IMG/VR virus record: IMGVR_UViG_3300023174_005626
Coordinates: 1 to 64,000 of that record
DNA length: 64,000 nucleotides
Strand: one strand, 5' to 3'
Origin: a virus
Taxonomy: Duplodnaviria; Caudoviricetes
Part shown: piece after piece, positions 31,401 through 40,675 of the stretch
How positions within the stretch are numbered: the stretch's first letter is position 1
Layout of the letters: each line of letters starts with the position of its first letter
Notes under the pieces: generated by a model
What the model saw: only the letters and a program-made list of their open reading frames with translations
What the model was told of the DNA's origin: nothing
The model's database searches: none
Translations under genes and position numbers: made by a program

Positions 31401-33147
31401 CGTCCAATAATCTAACAAAAGCCTCTGTAGACGCCAAAATTACCGCCATCATGTTTCTAACCGTAGGTCTAAATCCAAGTCCCTTAGTTTTGTCTTCTAA
31501 TTTCTTTAAAAGTTGTGCACTAATTTTTGACTCGTATTCTTGTAATTTTTTAGTCGCTTGAGAATCTATAGACGCAATTGTTTTATCAAATCTACTGGGT
31601 CCTTCAAATATAAAAAACTTAGGTCTTTCATCTATAATATTACCTTTTGAATCTTTAGTAAGGACAGGAATTGTTAATTTTGAATATGTGTTTTTAGTAT
31701 TTTCAATTTGTGCTTCTGAAGGTGGTGATATTCCAACTTGAGCCGCGGTTGTTGCAACCCAATCAATTTGGTCAAATGTTAATTTATCATAAACAATTGT
31801 ATCATATTTTATTGGATTCGGTATTCTTGCAACACCTTTAGCACCCAAAGTTGGGTTTGACGCAAGGTATTTGTTAAACACATCTATATCATTTTTGAGT
31901 GCACTAATACCAGCATCTATTTCGGTCAAATCCAACTTATTAAAAACATAAACCCTATCCTTATTATATAGAATAATAGGTCTTGGGTTCATATATTTGG
32001 TAAACCAAGAGTTACCGTCTCCTCTAATTATATTAAAATACTCTTGTAGGTATTCTTTATATGTTCTAATATTTGTTAAAGGTTCTACTTCAGCTTTTGT
32101 AAATGAGTCTTGAATTATTTTTTCAAAATTTTCAAGTTTATTTACTAATTGCATTAACGTTATTTCAGGAAAATCTGGCTCAATTAATCCTCTTGATTTG
32201 TACTCACCATAAACTTCAAGAATTTTTTGATATCCTTTATTTGATGTAACTTGAACTGTTAGGGCTTCTGTTCCTGATACATTATTTTTAACTTGTCCTA
32301 CTTGTGTTTTTCCTTGAGCCTCAGCAGATTTGTTTGATTGTTGTGGACCAATTGGTGTGTCAGCAACATTATAGGTTTGACTATACATGTGTGGTAAAGC
32401 CAATAAGTGTCCCATAGAAATTTCGTTCAAGATATTAAACTTGTATCCTTTAAATTCTAAACTAACTTGATAATTTCCACTAAACGAATTAAATCTTGCA
32501 TTAAATTTTTCAAGGTTTAACACATATCTTACCGCCTGACCATAGTATCCTTTAAGTGTTAAATTGAATTGTGGATATGGTAAATTAAAAAAAGCTGCGT
32601 ATGGTGAATTGTTTCCCAACTCAAACAAAGCCTTTCCTTGTACATCCTCCAACTCAATTCTAACCGTTGGGATAAATGAACTGTTTGTTTGTATGGTAAT
32701 TTGTGTAATACCTAGTAATCCATTATCAACAATATTAGTTAAATCTGCTGGACTATCTACAACATAAGGTTTTGAACCATCTTTAGGTGCCTCAGTTTTA
32801 GAAAACATCTGATTTTCCCCTTTGAATTTTGTTGAATTTTTTCCTGTTAGTTGGTCATAATAACCGCTACCCAAATAGGAATTTTTTGTTGGCTTTAAAA
32901 AATTAATTTTGGCAACAGATATTGTCCTGATTCTGTCGTTTGGTGTTCCGCCTACAGCTAATTTAGTTCTCGGCAACATGTCCGCCTCTAAGTTAGCATA
33001 CATAACCAAATTTTCATGGTCAACTAATCTTTCTTGAATTTTTCCATTATTATCAATTGTTTTGTTTGGGTCAACCACAATGATATTGTTGTAATCAAAT
33101 TCAACATAGATGTCTCCGTTATTGTCCGCTCTAATGTTACCTGCCAT
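25402..33147 (-). CDS. Giant baseplate hub-like protein (gp27/gp44/late-control D-like segments) with C-terminal IPT/TIG domain
   Basis: 2581 aa. N-terminal LGITQITI...VRIELED; hub-like C-lobe YKATVTCLGNAMLQP...GPYMILDVQHQIQPGNFQTSFTG; TIG-like PATITTFSPLVGNKGTILQINGTNL. Follows the gp53/X gene. Confidence 0.65.
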   Translation of the reverse strand: MAGNIRADNNGDIYVEFDYNNIIVVDPNKTIDNNGKIQERLVDHENLVMYANLEADMLPRTKLAVGGTPNDRIRTISVAKINFLKPTKNSYLGSGYYDQLTGKNSTKFKGENQMFSKTEAPKDGSKPYVVDSPADLTNIVDNGLLGITQITIQTNSSFIPTVRIELEDVQGKALFELGNNSPYAAFFNLPYPQFNLTLKGYYGQAVRYVLNLEKFNARFNSFSGNYQVSLEFKGYKFNILNEISMGHLLALPHMYSQTYNVADTPIGPQQSNKSAEAQGKTQVGQVKNNVSGTEALTVQVTSNKGYQKILEVYGEYKSRGLIEPDFPEITLMQLVNKLENFEKIIQDSFTKAEVEPLTNIRTYKEYLQEYFNIIRGDGNSWFTKYMNPRPIILYNKDRVYVFNKLDLTEIDAGISALKNDIDVFNKYLASNPTLGAKGVARIPNPIKYDTIVYDKLTFDQIDWVATTAAQVGISPPSEAQIENTKNTYSKLTIPVLTKDSKGNIIDERPKFFIFEGPSRFDKTIASIDSQATKKLQEYESKISAQLLKKLEDKTKGLGFRPTVRNMMAVILASTEAFVRLLDDVHTNAWSVKDDPVRKSAILDNVSSAPSTETIDQVATNPFLDMQLNIEETLDPSKIPVYPWPLFFVETPEDKKGRFQLKYIGDPSVSDQTQGYLYDKWPEVEFVEEYVKGITKKFNVPQSPDPLENDKYTNILNINAIEFPSFGSAYLNKEELKFFYEIWERQFVTSHYSGLVRANENQISDLITLNTETEVTNIVDSINVTAPYLTFKLKNYDLTAANYVQNLENFSNGGTGKSYQDFIRDFYVTPYLKALIDNPTSILSILDLGQIPQTNTTSPALRQLLSVATNDKLIVDVLPFSDPTWCLNNMSEGNTTQNNEVYNTKKTLTVFEPRKIIANFSDVYDFKTNRPVTNFSYLNPTNPTDTAKSLSLNNELGLKTFYESSITSVFVATEGYKYGLSPSNTLPFRTTTSMLNTPYFVNSIQKGVNGLRRSTKYPFIEAAYLFLNSLPLATLREKYKTTDGTTTTDLDYIASCFNKFGAIHKLPYAWMLKMGSIWYRYKLYKQTGKDILTDVWKNFDYKTNYSPKLSSLTQTYDFSYYKSNGQTTDTVPTSITLQKEDTNLITINTGFYPKLINDFNVFYNGFELYSTYSNTEIQSSINLGMKLCQFTDSGIQAQQGGKNLTLGTWSVLLPDFVDYDITCNPNDNTNGVLYYVVPSFGSQLNQTYDECIGLQTTNPQTNVDLTNNPSMYNGSVRTLWSTPNFGYFDNNQVVMPTPYQYINHIDSQEKDQSPFKLLSTSNYSSIEEIFSVFEKSTLDKFEQEFLSFCKPITDADILQPEAQYNTTTTNLNANFRNFQSLMRSAMVVPKPTTGQSTLEYFSSTITNQNGTFQNEIRAFLQYDILFRNGNPSKYRRRVFDSYLSYLSAPVVTDPIPFEPYIQGSLPTAGGTVLLSQSKLDNPKAWLALETEVGFSTIPNVEYSSTGSYITDFFTQNNIRFTEANVVILAPLIKMYAARKLESPQLTPGQFKNQLSLYLQREENFQNNLLGLVLSGVRNKLPTQQQLPQKFIPSAVSGEQPKVELWETFKAINDKWIAGDDFRTKTLFEDMLFLDRASRNIGDTILIDIFDIQGMVSKDSLNNAMSVYSFVASILIKNNFVVMNLPAYVNFYNVQNIDGTEIPQTEGSLEFANSMWGTFLDVDYRKSSPKMVCFYSPKPSSYLDLPKGNFRFRDDSFELRRASENPLIENQQGKKDWGLSNRCVGFNVDIGTRNQNIFYSFSVSQDNGLATSEAINTLINMVDNATGKNVATQNASLYNIYKQRSYKATVTCLGNAMLQPAMYFNLRHVPMFNGPYMILDVQHQIQPGNFQTSFTGVRQGIYDLPAIDNFLQSINQNLLTKLEEVLKIKKDIPTIAGITNNQKTVEVVQKADNTVDASNSCLSNVDVNAYPDYQNVPAKPTNISSKAFADRLIALLPGKEALQAVIYSISYVRSYVKNSGTKGNGEFNGFNNNFGGISLYINWAPTTEYFVKQYSCINVKGSGLPNGTSEPLVGFKDLDSYIKFMAARLEKNVPRILDPAQTSGGLPQYYVCNWPKENVSIGYYQSHLSQYTEVRNTIKEALQSCVRVGIIKEVTRKELIAELKKVQEKIKQIDVKTTPTPAPVLPGQVCPPATITTFSPLVGNKGTILQINGTNLDVVTKIVIANTDIVVKDNNNVTLLNNETIRLTLPQIGTGVLTEGKIKLVSGDYGEYLTTTLFKYDPSVTAAAAASPGGYAGNNQTSVVSPSMNSNTNPQNTGAITMIGTAVQLNESKTKSLNVKINPQAPGWTLGADAELNYVVYELENANGKVTRKRVSQSQLTVQGQVTNGEFNITLEQVESFLTNNIPKNEGKTQIDMVFVLKAYKGEQSPVIQQFQFKLWYTLPNQTQVPVVDVPTTQTKPTFAPKQLAIVKYSESMQLGGNGFTFYNIKKPAGGYITLEFVLPPGEEYKSEWKGSSRILNATTYESVPYSGGGGINTNYTNEWTVSTIGTFRLQIEYYPYGYTSPINGEELKQTVLSQPFTL

Positions 33148-33460
33148 AATAATAAAAATGATTTTCTATTGCCGCCTTATAATCCTGTAGAGATGGTAGT
33201 AGCGGAAATGGAATAATCAATATTGCACCATCAATGATATTATTCTCAAGACCACCATATTGTGGATTTGTTTGTAATATTAACCAACCAAAATAAGGTG
33301 TACCGTAATATTCTTGAGAAACTCTATCTAATCTACTCTTAGCAACTTTATAGATATACGCTTTGTCCGTAGCCTTTTGAGGTAACTGCACAAAAGGAAC
33401 AACAGTTTGTTGTCCGTTGATTAAGAATTGACTATATCTGTTCCAATATTGAAATGCCAT
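33137..33460 (-). CDS. Baseplate LysM-like protein (T4 gp53 / P2 gpX-like)
   Basis: SRLDRVSQEYYGTPYFGWLILQTNP...GAILIIP. Confidence 0.8.
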   Translation of the reverse strand: MAFQYWNRYSQFLINGQQTVVPFVQLPQKATDKAYIYKVAKSRLDRVSQEYYGTPYFGWLILQTNPQYGGLENNIIDGAILIIPFPLLPSLQDYKAAIENHFYYYGR

Positions 33461-36400
33461 TAGTTAAGTTTTGCCTTTGAAATATACGCACCTCCTACAT
33501 TTCCATTTAAATCATTCCATGTAGTTTTATTTGTGTTTTGGTTTGTTGAAGCACCTAATCCTTTAATCATATTCTTTTGCGATTCAACATTTAATGCTGA
33601 TGCAGCACTTTCAGTTGTATATTTCAACACTCTTTCTTTTTTATCATACGGAGTATATACCAAATATTTCTTCAATTTATCTTTCTCAAGATTTTCAATA
33701 AATTCTTTAGTGATATTATTTTCTGTAACAAATTGAGGTTTTGCCTTTGTCAACCAATAAGCATCAAATTGTTTTTCAATATCATCAAAACCCTTTCCAA
33801 TAATACCCGCATTACCAATTATATTACCAATTAATGCCTTTTTAAATGTTTCATATTTTTTAGTATCAATAACATCATTTGATAATATCATATATGCTCT
33901 TCTGAACGGCATATTATCGGCAAATTCTGGTGTGGTACTAAAAGGATTAAAAACGTTTTTTGTCTCAAGTTGATTTGAAATACCTTTAGGTGTTACATCA
34001 AACACAAATGGAGCAGTATATTTGGTGTTATTTGCCGTATAAGTAAATGTTGAATTACTATTAAGTATAGTATTAAACTCAACTAAATCAGTTCTTATTT
34101 TGGAAATGTCAGTAAGTATTCCACTTAGGGTATTTGGGACTTTATCGTCAGAAGTGTAATACGTTCTTACTGGTCCTGATTTGGCTTGTAATCCATCGGT
34201 ACCTGTATTAGGAACACCAGGAAAGGATATCATGTTCATTCTAGCAACCGTTTGAATATAAGATTGTTCAACAGTTGTTAAATCTTGTACTATTTTAAAG
34301 ATAGGTGTTAAGTAAGACGATTTCTTTTCTTTCAAGAAATTTTTATAGTTATTCTTTACGGTTTGAATTAATCTTGGGGAAAAGTTTTTCTGAGGGGTTG
34401 AAATGAATTGTATGAAGTTGTCTTCTCCCTGTGAAATATTAAGGGAAAGCGCTTCAAATATAGAATCAACCCTTTGTTGTATATTACTTGGTTTACCAAA
34501 CAACTGAACTGTTGTTCCGTCAATAATATTTCCACTAAAGTAATCTCTTGAAACCATCCACTCTTGTCTCATTGCATTATTGTACTGACTCAAGACCTCT
34601 TTGTTCTTGTTAATAACGTTTGTAAAATAAGTTTGTGTTTGTGTAATAACACCATTCATGAAATCAGTATACGATATTGTACCCGTTTCATTTGTTGCGG
34701 TTACATTACTTGTTAAAATTGAACCTACCGTAGAATTATTATTTTGACCATTGTTTGGTGCCGCTTGGTTAAGAGCTGGTGGTGCTGGTGGTGTAGATTG
34801 ACCCAAAAACTCTTTATCTAACACATCAAGGAATGTTTCCTTATCGGTTACATCCGCTCTGTCATCATAAACTTCTGTGTTGGCATAGTAATTAAATGTT
34901 AACGCGTTTTGTAATTTGTCAATTGATTCTTTTAACCCGCTACCTCCTACAAAGTTGAAACTCAAAGTTACATTTGCAATCATTGGTTGAACACCAATAC
35001 CTTCAGGATTCAAATCCAAATCTTCATATTGGAAGGATAAAGACGTTGGTATAATTTTAGTATTGTAAAAATCACCAACTCTTAAAATCAACACTGGTGG
35101 TGCACCGAACGCTGTGTTTGTTGCATTGTTATATTGCAATACAGGAGCACCTCCAATATCTTTAATAGTTGGAATTGTATCTCCAGGTCTCATACATTGT
35201 TGCAAGAATGTTAATCTTGTGTTTAATCCTTCTGGTGTCATTGAGTGGAAAGCTGGTTGAAAGAACTTAAGTTTTTCCTTAAGGTTATCAAACACCATTG
35301 GAGTTTGTTCCTTGATTGTTTCAAAATAATCACACTCAGATAAAAATTGTCTTAGCACAAATTTAGTGATGTTGTCTCTTGGTTTCCAAGTTCTTTCAAG
35401 TTCTTGAGTTTTAAATGTTTTTGTAACAATTTGGTCTGTAGTTACTGTTGTGTAATTAGGTGTTGGTTCTGTTGTTGGTTGTTTTAAAGTTGATGTTATT
35501 GATTTAATATACGCTCTTCTACACGCCATCGCACCAGCGGTAAAAATGTCTTTAGCACCAACTTCAGTATCTCCACCACTATTTTCCTCATCAGAACAAT
35601 CATAGTTGTTTTTTATAGTAAAAACTGAAGCATCATAAACACCGCTTTTAGCTGTTGCTGCTTTAGGTTGTGATTTAGCCACCTCACCTAAGGTTTTACC
35701 TGGTTGTACAATTAAAGTTTTTCCTATATATTTTTTCAAATCAGGGTTTGATGTAAAAAATTCAACCGCTGATTGAACTCTTCTTTCTGATAATGACAAA
35801 TTATATTGTTTACTAGCGGGTGCTGAACAACTTGCGTCAATAGTAATTGTAATAGTTCCATCACCATCTTTAGCCTGTGATAATTGTTTAATTAAATCAT
35901 TTGTTAATGATTTCATTATTTCATAGTTAGGTGTAACAACCGTGTTAAACATTTCGTTTACACCTGTTAAATCTGCAGGTTTTGCATGAGTATTATAATA
36001 TGTTACATTAGATGGTGCAGTATATCTTGTGTATTCGTTTTGATAAGCACTAACTTGTCCTTTCTTTGGGTAATCATTTCCAAAATAAAAACCCCATTCA
36101 ACATATTTTGCAAAAGGATTTTGTCCTGAACTACCTTGGTTTGATTGAGCAATTGAATCAGCACCTCCATTCGGTGAATTATACCCTGTTTGGATTGTTT
36201 GTTTTGTTGTTATTAATTGTTCTCTTGTTAAATCTTTTGATGTTATTGCCGTTTGAAGAAGATACAAATCATTTGGATTAATTGTATAATATTTCTTAGC
36301 CAATTCATAGATATCATATTTTCTACATCCCGCAAAGAATGAATCCAAAATAGAATTAACTCTTGTCTTGTTTGTTTCGTTACCCAAAACTTTATCAACA

Positions 36401-38517
36401 ATTGTGTTTAAAATTGATGGATGGTCAACAACTATTTTCCATTGTAATGTTCCACCTCTTGATGTGTTTTTGTAAGTATATATTGGTTCTGGCCTTCCCA
36501 AGAAATCACTCTGATTCCAGTTGGCTGAAACGTTCTCACTAAATGTTAGACCATATGGAGGGAACCACATAACTCTACCACCATTAGGACCTCTTTCACA
36601 AAGAGCCAAATCATTTGTTGAAAATCCCCTTGCACTATTTGAAGTTCTCCAAGCTAAATTTTCAATTGAGAACATGTACTTTTTAGCATAACCAACATTT
36701 GTACTTAACCCACCAGGTCCGTTAATCAAGTTAGTTGAACTTTGTCCACCCTCTTGTTTGTTGGGATAAATGTTTAAGTTATATGTGTTATCCAATACTG
36801 AATTAGAAAATCTTCTACCGTTTACAGTAATACCATCAACTTTTTGTAAGTCGTTGTATTGTAAGTAAGGAATGTCTTTTGCAAAAACTCTACAATATTC
36901 CGTACCAACTTCTTGACCAATTTCACCCGTGTATTTAATAACTCTTGAACCCTTAGTCATTTCTTTATATCCGTCATTGAATACTTTACTAACTTGGTCA
37001 ATCGCATTACCCGCGTGTTGTAGTCTCTTTCCTCCTTGTGGTTGACTATCAATAATTCTTTGAGTATCGTTCAAGATTGAACCATCTCTGAATTGAAAGT
37101 TTGTTGATTCTGTTGAATTATATGATGAAGGTTTAAAGTCTTGGTTTTGATTAACAATTTCCCCGCCAATTCCAACGGTAAACCCTGCATTGTTTTTATA
37201 CTTAGGTGATACCCAAGTCATTCCACCCTCAATCCCACCACCATTGCTATATGTTGGACCGTTAGCCCCAAGTCTAATTTCTCTACTTGGTCCTTCATAA
37301 AGTTGTGCCAACTCTGTTGGTCCATATACTGGTGATTGTTGTTCAACACCATATGAGTTTGCAGGTATTGCTCCTGCTGGTGAAAATACTCTTGATGGGT
37401 CAGAGGATAATGAACCAACATAATAGTTCGCGTTGTCCGTTGTTGAACCTACAATAGCCCCACCTAATCTATCAAATAAAGTTCTATCAAAACTTGGCTT
37501 ATATTTGTTATAATCAAGGTTACCGAACAATCTTGATTTTTGTCCACCACCCATGTTGTTATACATGATTTGTGAACCTGTTTGTCCACCACCTAATAAT
37601 CTATTAAAGAATCTACCAACAGTGCTTTGTCTGAAAGCATTATTCATCTGTTGGATTGTTGTAGGTTGTTTTAAAGACGTGTTAGGGTCAAAATAAGAAC
37701 CTGGTATTGGTGATACAGGTAAAATACTACCAGCTAGTCTAAGAGCGAAATCTGTAGCTGCTAATATGGGGTTGGTAGGTACTGTGATTGTGTAGTTAGG
37801 TTCAATCAATGGTACTCTACCTGTAACTAAATTAAGAATGTCAGTTCCACTTCTTACATTGAATACGTTAGCTCTTCCAATCGTATTTCTTTTGATTTCA
37901 GACGCAATTCTATTTTCAAATTCTTTTTTTAGAACTTGAGCACCTAAACGGGCAATATATGAATCGGAACTTAATAAACCGTTACTACCTTGTGGGTCTG
38001 GCGATAATAAAATCCCAATTGGTCCATAACTTGATGGATTAAACGTTGTTGGATATGGTTGGTTATTATATAACTGTAATGATGCGGTAATACCACCTTG
38101 ATTTTGATTTGTAATGAACTCACCTGCATCTAAAACTCCTTGCCCACCATTTGAATACGCATTAACTTTTTTCCAATTCTTGGCTTCAGCAATACCTTGG
38201 TCGAGTATGTGAGCATCTTGTTGACCTGGTCCGTATTCCCCTTGGTTAGATATGGTATTTAAAAGACCATTAGGGTCGGGAACTTGTCTATATCCACCTT
38301 CAGCACCCCACTCGTTTAATGGATATAATTTGTTTGCAAATGAAGGTTCGTCAATTAATACATCAGGACTATCTGTAACAGATGCATCAGATTGAATATA
38401 CTCGTAGTTAGTTGGGGGCGTAGGTCTATTAGGTGCTTTCGCATAAGGTACCAGATTCTTAACAATTAGTTTTTTCCTAAAAGCTTCTGAGTTAACTAAA
38501 TCTAACGGACTTGGCAT
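33460..38517 (-). CDS. Tail tube initiator-like protein with inserted OmpA-like peptidoglycan-binding domain
   Basis: FSENVSANWNQSDFLGRPEPIYTYKNTSRGGTLQW and PPVLILRVGDFY...PMIANVTLSFNFVG (tube-initiator-like) flank YFGND...ITIDASCS...YNLSLSERRVQSA...GE...CRRAYI (OmpA_C-like). Confidence 0.65.
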   Translation of the reverse strand: MPSPLDLVNSEAFRKKLIVKNLVPYAKAPNRPTPPTNYEYIQSDASVTDSPDVLIDEPSFANKLYPLNEWGAEGGYRQVPDPNGLLNTISNQGEYGPGQQDAHILDQGIAEAKNWKKVNAYSNGGQGVLDAGEFITNQNQGGITASLQLYNNQPYPTTFNPSSYGPIGILLSPDPQGSNGLLSSDSYIARLGAQVLKKEFENRIASEIKRNTIGRANVFNVRSGTDILNLVTGRVPLIEPNYTITVPTNPILAATDFALRLAGSILPVSPIPGSYFDPNTSLKQPTTIQQMNNAFRQSTVGRFFNRLLGGGQTGSQIMYNNMGGGQKSRLFGNLDYNKYKPSFDRTLFDRLGGAIVGSTTDNANYYVGSLSSDPSRVFSPAGAIPANSYGVEQQSPVYGPTELAQLYEGPSREIRLGANGPTYSNGGGIEGGMTWVSPKYKNNAGFTVGIGGEIVNQNQDFKPSSYNSTESTNFQFRDGSILNDTQRIIDSQPQGGKRLQHAGNAIDQVSKVFNDGYKEMTKGSRVIKYTGEIGQEVGTEYCRVFAKDIPYLQYNDLQKVDGITVNGRRFSNSVLDNTYNLNIYPNKQEGGQSSTNLINGPGGLSTNVGYAKKYMFSIENLAWRTSNSARGFSTNDLALCERGPNGGRVMWFPPYGLTFSENVSANWNQSDFLGRPEPIYTYKNTSRGGTLQWKIVVDHPSILNTIVDKVLGNETNKTRVNSILDSFFAGCRKYDIYELAKKYYTINPNDLYLLQTAITSKDLTREQLITTKQTIQTGYNSPNGGADSIAQSNQGSSGQNPFAKYVEWGFYFGNDYPKKGQVSAYQNEYTRYTAPSNVTYYNTHAKPADLTGVNEMFNTVVTPNYEIMKSLTNDLIKQLSQAKDGDGTITITIDASCSAPASKQYNLSLSERRVQSAVEFFTSNPDLKKYIGKTLIVQPGKTLGEVAKSQPKAATAKSGVYDASVFTIKNNYDCSDEENSGGDTEVGAKDIFTAGAMACRRAYIKSITSTLKQPTTEPTPNYTTVTTDQIVTKTFKTQELERTWKPRDNITKFVLRQFLSECDYFETIKEQTPMVFDNLKEKLKFFQPAFHSMTPEGLNTRLTFLQQCMRPGDTIPTIKDIGGAPVLQYNNATNTAFGAPPVLILRVGDFYNTKIIPTSLSFQYEDLDLNPEGIGVQPMIANVTLSFNFVGGSGLKESIDKLQNALTFNYYANTEVYDDRADVTDKETFLDVLDKEFLGQSTPPAPPALNQAAPNNGQNNNSTVGSILTSNVTATNETGTISYTDFMNGVITQTQTYFTNVINKNKEVLSQYNNAMRQEWMVSRDYFSGNIIDGTTVQLFGKPSNIQQRVDSIFEALSLNISQGEDNFIQFISTPQKNFSPRLIQTVKNNYKNFLKEKKSSYLTPIFKIVQDLTTVEQSYIQTVARMNMISFPGVPNTGTDGLQAKSGPVRTYYTSDDKVPNTLSGILTDISKIRTDLVEFNTILNSNSTFTYTANNTKYTAPFVFDVTPKGISNQLETKNVFNPFSTTPEFADNMPFRRAYMILSNDVIDTKKYETFKKALIGNIIGNAGIIGKGFDDIEKQFDAYWLTKAKPQFVTENNITKEFIENLEKDKLKKYLVYTPYDKKERVLKYTTESAASALNVESQKNMIKGLGASTNQNTNKTTWNDLNGNVGGAYISKAKLN

Positions 38518-38555
38518 TAATTTCTTTTTATATAAATAGGTAATTTATATTTTTT

Positions 38556-40475
38556 TTATCCCCATACAGGTCCTGATGATGATGGTGTTACCGCCTTATA
38601 ATCACCAACTACAGGGGTTCCTTTCATTGGGTTGTTTGGTTGACTATATGATGACAACATAGCTTGTGTGTTAAGTTGTTCAAAATTATTTGTAAGAGCC
38701 TTAGACAACGCCTCATTAACTGTTTTGGTAAGCATTGCACCATCTATTTTTGAAGCTCCACTACCATCAACAGTAATTTTGAGTGGTGTTGTAAAATCTA
38801 TTTGAACTTTTGTTGTATTATTTGTTGGAGTAAGACCTTTACTGCCTAAATTGATTGGGTCTGATTTACCCATTAATCCACTATAGGTCGAGTATTTTCC
38901 ACCATCAACATTCGGTCTTCTATCATCACCTAATAATTTATCAATTAAGGTTTTTCCACCCTTTTCTGTTGCTGATTTGTCAGTACTAAGTTTATCACTC
39001 ATTTGATTGAGAGCTTTCAAGACACCTTCTTTAAATTCTGAACCAAATTTTTGTGATTGTTTATCTGCAGTTTCTAATAAAGTGGCACTAGCCTCTGCAA
39101 GACCTTTATTAGGGTCATTCATATCCTTGAAAAATTGTTTGAAGTCAGCGATTGCCGTTGTTGCCATTTGTCTTCCACTGGTTGTTTTTCCGTAAAAATC
39201 AGAAAGAGTACCTGTAATTGCATCAGTTAATCTTCTTCCACCCTCAACCTCTTTATTGATTGTTTGATTACTAGCAAATCCATACATAAATCCGTGGTAA
39301 ATTGCTCTTACATCACCAGCAACCATTTGACTATAGTCTAATTGAGACCTAGCAATTTCTTCTAATGATTTCGGCCCTTCTTTTTGTTCCTTAAGTGTTG
39401 CTTCTAATTGTTGTTGATTTACGTTTGTAAGTTTCTCCCATCGTCTTTCTCCTGAAACACTATCTTTAATACTAATCTCATATTCACCACCATCACCCAT
39501 TCTTGAAATGTTGGAAAGTAATTGTTTGTCTTCCTCTTTAACATTCAATCCAACAGCACTAATTGCTGAAAGTCTATAATCAGCTTCTTTAGCTGCTAAT
39601 CCAAGTTTTGTCATTTCTGTCGCGCTTACCTGTGTTTGGTCTTCAAGTTCTTTGAGTCTTATAACCCCTTCAGGTGTGATTTTAAACGTTTTTGTTTTTT
39701 CATCTAAATAAGTAAATTGTTTTGCTACGTTGACTAAACTATCTTGTATACCTTGTGGATTATTAATTGAATCATTCATCAATCTGAATGGGTCCGCTAA
39801 ATCACCTACCGCCAATCCCAATCTTTGGAATGCGGATGCAACCTCAATCGCTCTTTCAGGTTTATATAAATTATCCGCCAATCTGAATGTTGTATTCATA
39901 TCAAACCTTAACATTGACGCTTGTGCCGCCATTTTTGTTAAACCTTGCACCCCACCCTCAAACTGATAACGGTTTAGTTGGTCCATGTTTTGGGTTACAA
40001 CTTTATAAACCTCTTTTGTATTACCACCAATACTTTGAATATAATTTATTGAATCCTCAATTTGTTTTGACATTTGAGCAACTCCAACACCCACATCAGC
40101 AAAACCACTTACTAAAGTTTTAATACTTTGTTCAGTTACTCTAGACGCGGCGTAAAGTTTTTCTGTTTGTTCTGTTGTAGCAATAATGTTTCTTCTACTT
40201 TCAACCGCAATGTCAGAAATTGCTTTTTGAGCATCAATAAGACTACCACCAAGTCTATCAATACGAGGGGTGGCATCCGCTAACGCGGTTTTAATATCAC
40301 CAATCCTTTGTCTTGTTTCACCGAAAACTCTATTGATTTCACCACCATAAACATCTAAGTCAGTAATAGCTCTGCCGATATCAGTAAAGAACGCAGTTAA
40401 AGAATTCTTACGGTACTCCTCAATCTTGTCGGTGAGTTCTTTGAAATAATCAAGAGGATTTTGTTCGTTAGCCAT
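38556..40475 (-). CDS. Tape measure protein
   Basis: 639-aa helical Ala/Leu/Gln-rich ORF directly downstream of the frameshifted tail chaperone and upstream of the tube initiator. Confidence 0.7.
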   Translation of the reverse strand: MANEQNPLDYFKELTDKIEEYRKNSLTAFFTDIGRAITDLDVYGGEINRVFGETRQRIGDIKTALADATPRIDRLGGSLIDAQKAISDIAVESRRNIIATTEQTEKLYAASRVTEQSIKTLVSGFADVGVGVAQMSKQIEDSINYIQSIGGNTKEVYKVVTQNMDQLNRYQFEGGVQGLTKMAAQASMLRFDMNTTFRLADNLYKPERAIEVASAFQRLGLAVGDLADPFRLMNDSINNPQGIQDSLVNVAKQFTYLDEKTKTFKITPEGVIRLKELEDQTQVSATEMTKLGLAAKEADYRLSAISAVGLNVKEEDKQLLSNISRMGDGGEYEISIKDSVSGERRWEKLTNVNQQQLEATLKEQKEGPKSLEEIARSQLDYSQMVAGDVRAIYHGFMYGFASNQTINKEVEGGRRLTDAITGTLSDFYGKTTSGRQMATTAIADFKQFFKDMNDPNKGLAEASATLLETADKQSQKFGSEFKEGVLKALNQMSDKLSTDKSATEKGGKTLIDKLLGDDRRPNVDGGKYSTYSGLMGKSDPINLGSKGLTPTNNTTKVQIDFTTPLKITVDGSGASKIDGAMLTKTVNEALSKALTNNFEQLNTQAMLSSYSQPNNPMKGTPVVGDYKAVTPSSSGPVWG

Positions 40476-40497
40476 ATATTAACTTTTCTTATAAATA

Positions 40498-40522
40498 CAA
40501 AAAGACTGAAAATTCAGTCTTT
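40498..40522 (-). terminator. Hairpin terminator overlapping the stop of the frameshift extension
   Basis: AAAGACTGAA-TT-TTCAGTCTTT then TT; perfect inverted repeat 40501-40522. Confidence 0.7.
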
Positions 40523-40675
40523 ATTATTTTCTTCAATCCATTTATCTAACAAATATTTTCTTGCGAAAATCGGCATTTGTAAAAAATCATTGTAAGAAAC
40601 ATTCAATAACTTACTTAGATAGTAAAATTCGTCTAGTTGACTTTTCCTATAATCAGAAGAAAGGGCGAAAAAAGT
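40514..40675 (-). CDS. Frameshift extension (gpGT-like T domain) of the tail assembly chaperone
   Basis: The +1 frame after GAC TTT TTT C reads FALSSDYRKSQLDEFYYLSKLLNVSYNDFLQMPIFARKYLLDKWIEENNKD* (TGA 40516-40514) and has no start codon near its 5' end. Confidence 0.75.
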   Translation of the reverse strand, partial: TFFALSSDYRKSQLDEFYYLSKLLNVSYNDFLQMPIFARKYLLDKWIEENNKD

